DNA of 64,000 nucleotides. Source: an uncultured candidate division Zixibacteria bacterium. GTDB taxonomy: Bacteria > Zixibacteria > MSB-5A5 > UBA10806 > 4484-95. The notes beneath the pieces were generated by a model. It ran no database searches and was not told where the DNA came from. It saw nothing but the letters and a program-made list of their open reading frames with translations. Numbering within the stretch: the stretch's first letter is position 1; each line of letters opens with the position of its first letter. A program made the translations under genes and the position numbers. Location of the stretch: contig CAXXKA010000010.1 in assembly GCA_963668625.2 (NCBI GenBank), positions 256,001 to 320,000 of the forward strand. The letters are read 5' to 3'. Shown one piece after another: positions 1 to 9,000 of this stretch.

Positions 1-3000
1 ACCGGTTCGGGTCTGTTCGGATTCAACCCCGATTTCACTCAGGCCGGTATATATAATGTAGGATTCATAGCCTCGGACGGCGAACTGGTCGATACCGAGT
101 ACGTTGAGATAACGGTCAACCAGGTTAATATCGCACCCGAATTAAACCCGATTACTGATCAGGTAATCGATGAGGGGGATGTTTTCAATCTGGTTGTCAT
201 GTCAACTGATTACGATAACGATATATTGACCATGGTAGCGGAGGATTTACCTTCCAACGCCACGTTCACCGATAGCGGTAACGGTCACGGTCTATTCAGG
301 TTTAGCCCCGATTATACGCAAACAGGCGACTACACGGTTCGTTTCATTGTCAGTGATAGTGATCTGGCTGATACTTTAGATGTCGGGATTATCGTAAACA
401 ATACTAACCGTGTTCCTGTACTGGGTACGCTGACAGACCGAAGTGTGAATGAGGATGATTTCATTAGTTTCATCGTCGGCGCCTCCGATCCCGACGGCGT
501 TATCCCGGTGTTAACGACAATCGATTTGCCGGCTAATGCCTCTTTCGAGGACTATAGTACCGGTACCGGTTTGTTCACGTTCTCTCCCGATAACTCACAA
601 TCAGGCTTGTACACGATCGGCTTCGTCGCCTCTGACGGCGATCTGGCGGATACCGGCTATATTGATATCACGGTTAACCAGGTTAATTTAGCGCCGGTAC
701 TCAATCCACCGTCGCCACAATCGGTAGAGGAGGGTGGACATCTCGAGTTCGTGGTTACCTCCTCGGATTACGATTTGGATGCTTTAACGCTTAGCGCGGA
801 GGATATACCGCTTAACGCCACATTCACCGACTCGGGTAACGGCCACGGCTTATTCACTTTCGATCCGTCATTTGACCAGGCCGGAGTTTACCATGTGCGT
901 TTCATTGTTTCTGATTCCGAGTTCAGCGACAGCGCCCTGGTATCGATTACGGTAGGTGGAACCAACTTGCCGCCTGTCGGTGAAGCCATTACCGATAGGG
1001 AGGTTAATGAGGGTGGTTTCCTGTCAATTACCGTGAATTTCTCCGATCCCGACGGCCAATTGCTGGCTATCTCCTCGTTCGATAGGCCCTCGAATTCGTC
1101 ATTCGTGGATAACGGCAATAATTCGGGCCGCTTCGAGTTTAACCCCGATAGCTCACAGGCCGGATCATACATTGTTGGGTTTATCGGTTATGATGGTTCG
1201 CTTTCGGATACGATTTACGCAAATATAGATGTTAACGATATCAATGTCGCTCCTTATCTGGATCCGATCACGACACCGCAAACGGTTACCGAGGGGCAGA
1301 CTTTAACGTTTAACGTTTCCGCCTCCGATTACGACGGCAACACGTTAACCTTGACAACTTCCTCGTTGCCGGCTCACGCGGCGTTCACCGATTCGGGTAA
1401 CGGTGTCGGGACTTTCAGGTTCACTCCTAATTTCGAGCAATCCGGCGATTACGAAATCTGGTTTAATGTCAGCGATGGCTCCCTGAACGATTCGCAGTTG
1501 GTCGAGATAACGGTCAACGAGATCAACCGCGCCCCGGAGATTGCGGATATTATGTCACAGGTCATTGATGAGGGGAGCGATCTGTTCCTGTATATAAAGT
1601 CAAGTGATCCTGACGGCCAGATACCCGTATTGAGCGCGTTTGATATGCCTATCAGAACTGAGTTGATTGACAGTAGTAACGGCAGAGGTACTCTTATTTT
1701 CCGTCCTAATTACTCCCAGAGTGGTATTTATAATATCGGCATCGTTTCTAGTGATGGCGATCTTGCTGATACATTCGTAGTCGATATAACGGTAAACGAT
1801 ATAAATCTCGCTCCTGAAATCGATCCTTTAAATTCACAACTAACAAACGAGGGCGAGCATCTCGAGCTGGTCGTAACCTCCTCGGATTTCGATGAAGATA
1901 ACCTGGTATTCACGGTGAATGATTTACCGCTGAACGCTGTCTTTACCGACAGTTCTAACGGACACGGTCTGCTTACATTCGATCCCGATTACAGCCAGAG
2001 CGGTGTATATAATGTCCAGTTTATCGTAAGCGACGGAGATTTATCTGACACGGCCACGGTTGAGATTACGGTACTTCATATTAACATGCCGCCGGAGCTG
2101 GCCTCCATCGGCAGCAGGAGTGTCGCCGAATCGGGGCATCTGGAGCTGTTGATTACCGCTACCGATCTTGACGCTCAAACGTTGATATTAACCGCTGAAA
2201 GTCTGCCGCTAAACGCGGTATTCTCCGATAGTGGTAATGGTCACGGACTGTTCATGTTCGATCCCGACAATACGCAGGCCGGAACATATAATATAAGATT
2301 CATAGCCAGCGACGGTACATTAGCCGATAGCGAGCTGGTCGAGATAACGGTTAACGATGTCAACCAGGCGCCTGTTTTGGCCGCTCTTGGCGATACTACT
2401 GTCAATGAGGGTGGTACGCTGGTAATGACAGTAACGGCCACTGATTTCGATAATGATACGATAACACTTAATGCTTTCAACCTGCCGACTAACGCTTCCT
2501 TTACCGATAACGGCGGAGGATCGGGGACGTTCGATTTCAGTCCCGATTATTCGCAGGATGGGGCTTATACGGTCGGTTTCGTTGCCGGCGACGGCGATCT
2601 GGCGGACACTGTTCAGATAACCGTAACCGTAAACAATAGTAACCAGTCGCCCACGGTAGCTTCGATAACCGATAGAAATGTTAATGAGGGCGCTTACCTC
2701 AGCTTCATAGTTTCGGCAACCGATCCTGACGGAGTTACGCCGAGCCTTGCGATGATTGACGGACCTCTTAACGCAACGTTCGATGATAATGGTAACGGTT
2801 CCGGCCTGTTCACGTTCTCGCCCGGTTACACTCAAGCCGGCGCTTATGATATCGGTTTCGTAGGTTCCGATGGTGAACTGGCCGATACCGAGTACGTTCA
2901 AATTACGGTCAACCAGATTAATATCGGGCCGTCATTCGATCCGATTTCCGCGCAGGTTGTCAGCGAGGGCGGGCATCTGGAGTTCGCGGTTATCTCTACC

Positions 3001-6000
3001 GATTTCGATGATGATCCGCTGGTAGTTAATGAATATAGTTTACCGACTCACGCGGCTTTCGAGGATAGCGGTAACGGTCACGGCCTGTTTACCTTCGACC
3101 CCGACTATGGCCAGAGTGGAGTATATACGGTCAGATTCATCTCCAGTGATGGCAGTCTGTCCGATACTATCGATGTTGCCATAACGGTAACTAACAATAA
3201 CCTTCCGCCTACCCTGGGGAGCCTGGCCGACAGGATTATCGATGAGGATGATTACCTCGGTTTCGTAGTCAGCGCCGGTGATCCCGATGGCACCACGCCG
3301 GTTTTATCGGCTTTAGACGTGCCGGTAAACGGTACATTCGAGGACAACGGCAATGGTTCGGGGCTGTTCACTTTCAATCCTGACTACACTCAGTCCGGCG
3401 TTTATACTGTCACCTTCTTCGCCACCGACGGCGAACTTTCCGATACCGGTACTGTTGAAATTACCGTCAATAATGTCAACCTGGCTCCCGAGCTTGATCC
3501 CATCTCGCCGCAATCGGTCGAGGAGGGCGGAAATCTGGAGCTTGTAGTTTCCTCGACGGATTTCGATGGCGATCAGCTTTATCTGTCAGCCGAAAATATC
3601 CCCGCTAACTCATCATTTGCCGATAGCGGAAACGGTCATGGGCTGTTCACGTTCAACCCATCATTCGATCAGGACGGCGTGTATTATATAAGATTTATTT
3701 CATTCGACGGTAGCCTGGCCGATTCGCAGCTCGTTTCGGTTTCGGTTGGTCAGACGAATTTACCGCCGGTCGGGGAGGAGATATCGGCTCAGGTCATAGA
3801 TGAGCAGGCGACTCTTAATTTCCCCGTAAGTTTTACCGATCCCGACGGACAACTTCTGATACTATCCTCGATAAACGCCCCTGCTAATTCCTCATTCCAC
3901 GATAATAATGATGGCACGGGTGAGTTCGAGTTCAATCCCGACAGTTCGCAGGCGGGTGATTACACTGTCGGCTTTATCGGTTATGATGGTTTGTTGGCCG
4001 ATACGGTGTATGCCGAAATCACGGTTAATGATGTTAATGTCGCTCCGATACTGGGCCAGATTACCTCGCCGCAAACGGTGGCCGAGGGACAGCTTCTGAC
4101 ATTCGCCGTGGCAGCCTCCGATTTTGATGCAAATATTCTAACTCTGACAGCTTTGCCGCTGCCGACGAATGCCGTATTCGATGATTCGGGCAACGGTCAC
4201 GGGCTGTTCACGTTTAGCCCGGATTATACTCAATCCGGGCAGTACGATATCTGGTTCAAGGCCGCCGACTCATCACTGGCCGACTCACAATTGGTCGTGA
4301 TCAATGTTACCGAATTTAACCGCTCGCCGGTAATAACCTCGGTACCATCGCAGGTAATAAACGAGGGCGAGACATTACAGGTTGTTATCGAGGCTGTCGA
4401 TCCCGATGGCCAGATTCCTGTCCTTAGTGCTCTGGATATGCCGACGAATGCGGTTTTCACCGATAGCGGCAACGGTAACGGTTTATTCGAATTTACTCCC
4501 GATTTCAATCAGAATGGAAATTATACGGTCAGGTTCATAGCTACCGATTCGGAACTGTCCGATACGATTTCGGTCGAGATAACGGTTAACGAATCCAATC
4601 TGCCGCCGGAACTCGAAACTATAACCGATCAGGATATGGATGAAGGAACTCATCTCGAGTTCATTGTCAGTTCCTTCGATCCCGATCTGGATGAGTTAAC
4701 CCTGACTGCTCTTAACCTGCCCAGTAACGCAGCTTTCACCGATAGTGGAAACGGCCACGGCCTGTTTACCTTCGATCCTGATTACACGCAAGCCGGTGAT
4801 TATCAGGTTAGCTTCATCTCCAGCGACGGCGACCTGGCGGATACTATGGCGGCTAATATCACGGTCAACCATGTTAACCTTCCGCCGGAGCTGGCCGAGA
4901 TCGGCGCTCAGTCCGTTGACGAGAATGGCCATTTGGAGTTCGTAATTACCTCCAGTGATTTCGACGAGCAGGCATTGACATTGAACGTCGTCGATCTGCC
5001 GATAAACGCGGCATTCACCGATAGCGGTAATGGTCATGGGTTGTTTGCATTCGATCCCGATTACACCCAGGCCGGCGTCTATCCGGTATTATATATTGTC
5101 AGTGACGGCGAATTAGCCGATAGCGAGATGGTTAATATCACGGTGAACGATATAAACCTCGCTCCGGAGATAGCCGAGATAACCGACCAATCGGTTGCCG
5201 AGGGTGAACATCTGGAGTTTAACGTTATCGCGACAGATTTCGATGAGAACTCGCTTAGCCTAACAACAATCGATTTGCCGGCTAACGCAACGTTCGATGA
5301 TAGCGGCAATGGCCACGGCTTGTTTGCTTTCGATCCCGATTTCAACCAGCAGGGTGTTTATGATATCGGTTTCGTTGCCGGTGACGGTAACCTCGCCGAT
5401 ACCGAATACGTGCAGGTGACGGTATATGAAACAAACTTGCCGCCTGTTATAACCCCTGTTGCCGATAGAACACTCGATGAGGGCGCGTTCCAGAGTTTCG
5501 TGGTTAGCTCCTCTGATCCTGATGGTACGACGCCGACCTTAACCATGTTCAATAATCCCGCTAACACTCTTTTCGAAGATAACGGCAACGGTACGGGCTT
5601 GTTCCAGTTCTCGCCGGACTATACTCAGTCTGGTGTCTACGATATCGGCTTTATCGCCTCGGATGGCGTACTGGCGGATACCGAGATGGTTCAAGTAACC
5701 GTAAACCATATAAATATAGCGCCGGTGTTAGAGCCGGTTGCCTCACAGGTAGTAAGCGAGGGCGGTCATCTGGAATTCGTGGTTGCCTCCTCGGATTTCG
5801 ATGCGGATGTTCTGACATTACTGGCCTCCAACATGCCTTCTAACGCGACATTTGCCGATAGCGGCAACGGTCATGGGCTGTTCGAGTTCGATCCGGTTTA
5901 CGATCAGGGTGGTAACTACAATGTCCGCTTCATATGTTCGGATGGCGACCTGACCGATACGATTGATGTAACGATCACGGTAAATAACACTAACCAGTCG

Positions 6001-9000
6001 CCCGAACTCGGGACACTGACCGATAGAAATATCGATGAAGACCAGTATTTGGGTTTCGTGGTTTCGGCAACGGATCCGGACGGTACCACACCGATACTAA
6101 GTGTTTTCGATTTACCGACCAACGCCCAGTTCGAGGATAACGGTAACGGTACGGGGCTGTTTACGTTCCGTCCCGATTATTCGCAAGCGGGTGTTTTGAA
6201 TGTCGGATTTATAGCCAGCGATGGCGAGTTGCGCGATACCGGTTACGTCGAGATCACCGTAAACCAGGTTAACCTCGCTCCCGAGCTTGGTTCGATTCTG
6301 CCTCAATCCGTAGAGGAAGGCGGACACCTGGAGATGGTCGTACTATCCACTGATTTTGACAATGACGCACTGACACTATCCGCCGAGGACTTACCCGTTA
6401 ATGCGGTGTTCTCCGATAGCGGAAACGGTCACGGCTTGTTTGTCTTCGATCCTACATTCGATCAGGAAGGCATATATTATATCAGATTCATAGTGACGGA
6501 CGGTGCACTGGCCGATTCGCAGTTAGTTTCGGTTTCAGTCGGCGGCACAAACCTGCCACCGGTAGGAGAAGCTGTTGCCGACCAGGAGGTCGCCGAACAG
6601 GGTAATCTGCAGTTCGCGGTTACGTTCGCCGACCCGGACGGACAACTTCTGAGCCTGTCGAGTTTCGATCGACCGGGGAATTCATCATTTATTGATAATG
6701 AGGACGGCACCGGTTCGTTCACTTTCGATCCCGATAGTTCACAAGCGGGCGTCTATGATGTCGGCTTCGTCGGTTTCGATGGTTTACTGGCGGATACGGT
6801 GATGGTTAGTATAACCGTTACGGATGTTAATGTCAGGCCGAGTCTCGATACGATCCAGACACCTCAACTGGTTGTTGAGGGCGAAAGTTTGATTTTCGGT
6901 GTAACGGCTGATGATTTTGACGGTAACGTGTTGAACCTGACGACCTCGACCTTACCGACTAACGCGGCTTTCGTGGATTCAGGCAATAACGCCGGATCGT
7001 TTAGTTTCTCGCCCGACTTTACTCAGTCGGGAAGTTACGATATCTGGTTTATCGCCTCGGATACCGCTCTGGCCGATTCTCAGATGGTCACGATCTCTGT
7101 GGTCGAGGAGAATCTGCCGCCGGTGTTAGCTGATGTTCCGGCCCAGTCTATAGATGAGGGCGGACTGCTCGAGTTCGTGGTTATCTCCACCGATCCTGAC
7201 GGCCAAACCTTATCGTTATGGGCACTGGATATGCCGGATAATGCCACATTCGATGACAGCGGTAACGGTCATGGCCTGTTTAGTTTCTCGCCCGACAATG
7301 CTCAGGCAGGGGAATATGCGGTTGGCTTCGTTGCCAGTGATGGCGGTTTGAACGATACTATCAGTGTAGATATCACGGTAAATCATATAAACCTCGCGCC
7401 GGTGCTCGATACTATCGGTCCGTTGACATTATATGAGGGAACACGTTTCGAACTGGTTATCACCTCGAGTGATTTTGATCTGGATGAACTTACCCTTACC
7501 GCCTCGAACCTGCCGGTTAACGCCTCGTTCGCCGATAGCGGCAACGGTCACGGCCTGTTCGTATTTGATCCGGCTTATGGTCAGGCAGGTGATTATACGG
7601 TTACGTTCATCACTAATGACGGTGTGCTGGCTGATACCGAGATAGTTGAGATAACGGTGCAGCAATCTAACCGTCCCCCGAAATGGGAAACAATACCGAA
7701 CTACTCGGTACAGGAGGGCGGTATTCTTCAATTTACCGTAGCTGCCTCCGATCCAGATTCCACTACTCCGGCTCTTTCAATCGATAACTATCCGGCCAAT
7801 ATTACCTTCGTCGATTCCGGCAATGGTCATGGTTGGTTCAGGTTTGCCCCATCCTACACGCAATCCGGGGTGTACGATATATTGTTCTTGGCCTCTGATG
7901 GCGATCTGGTGGATACCGCGATCGTTCAGATTACGGTTAACGAGTCGGGCAACCAGCATCCGGTGATAACACCCGTTCAGTCACAAGAGGTCAACGAGGG
8001 CGAGCATCTCGAGTTCGTACTGATCGCTACCGATCCTGAAGGCTCGATACCGATTCTATCGGCTATGAATATGCCGGCCAACTCGGCGTTTATCGATTCG
8101 GGTAACGGTCATGGACTTTACCAGTTCGATCCTGATTTCTTCCAATCAGGCGTGTACGATGTCAGTTTTATCGCTTTTGACGGTCAGTATGCCGACACTG
8201 AATTGGTCGAGATCACCGTTTACGATGTAGGGTTCGCGCCGGAACTCGATCCGATAGGGCCGCAGACCGTTGCGGAGGGTTCGAGTTTAGAACTAACGAT
8301 AACCGGTTCCGATCCCGACCTGACATTCCCCGAGCTTATAGCCGAGAACTTGCCTGAAAACGCCACTTTCACCGATAGCGGTAACGGTGTCGGTGTGATG
8401 ATATTCAATCCCGATTATACTCAGGCGGGAGTTATTACGGTGCTGTTTATCGCTACGGATGGCGCGCTCTCCGATTCGGAATACGTTCAGGTGACAGTTA
8501 CCGAATTCGGTAATGTTGCGCCAATACTCGAACTGATACCCGATATTAGCTTGAGCGAGGGTGATTCGGTCGGTATAACTATTTCGGCTGCCGATCCCGA
8601 TGGCAACGTACCGTTCCTGTCGGTAACCGATACGCCGTCCAATACCGAGTTTGACGATAATCTCGATGGAACCGGGACATTCATTTTCCAACCCGATTAT
8701 TATCAGGCAGGCGAATACGATATCACGTTTATTGCGGATGATGGCGAACTGGCCGATTCCCAGATGGTTCATATAACGGTATCCGACCGCAATGGTCCAC
8801 CGGCTATCGACGAGATCATGGCGCAAAGCGTAACCGAGGGTGACAGCCTTGGATTCTTGATTAACTCGGTCGATCCCGATAACAATGCTGTTACATTAAG
8901 CGCTGACGATGTTCCTGAAAACGCTTACCTGGTTGATAATACCGATGGTACCGGTGTGTTCAATTTCCTGCCCGGCTACACTCAAGCAGGTTTATACGAG

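Noticed and set aside
199-201. ATG 199 as the start of the giant protein
   Set aside because: The frame is open and repeat-like from base 1, with no RBS or signal peptide. The gene starts upstream of the window.
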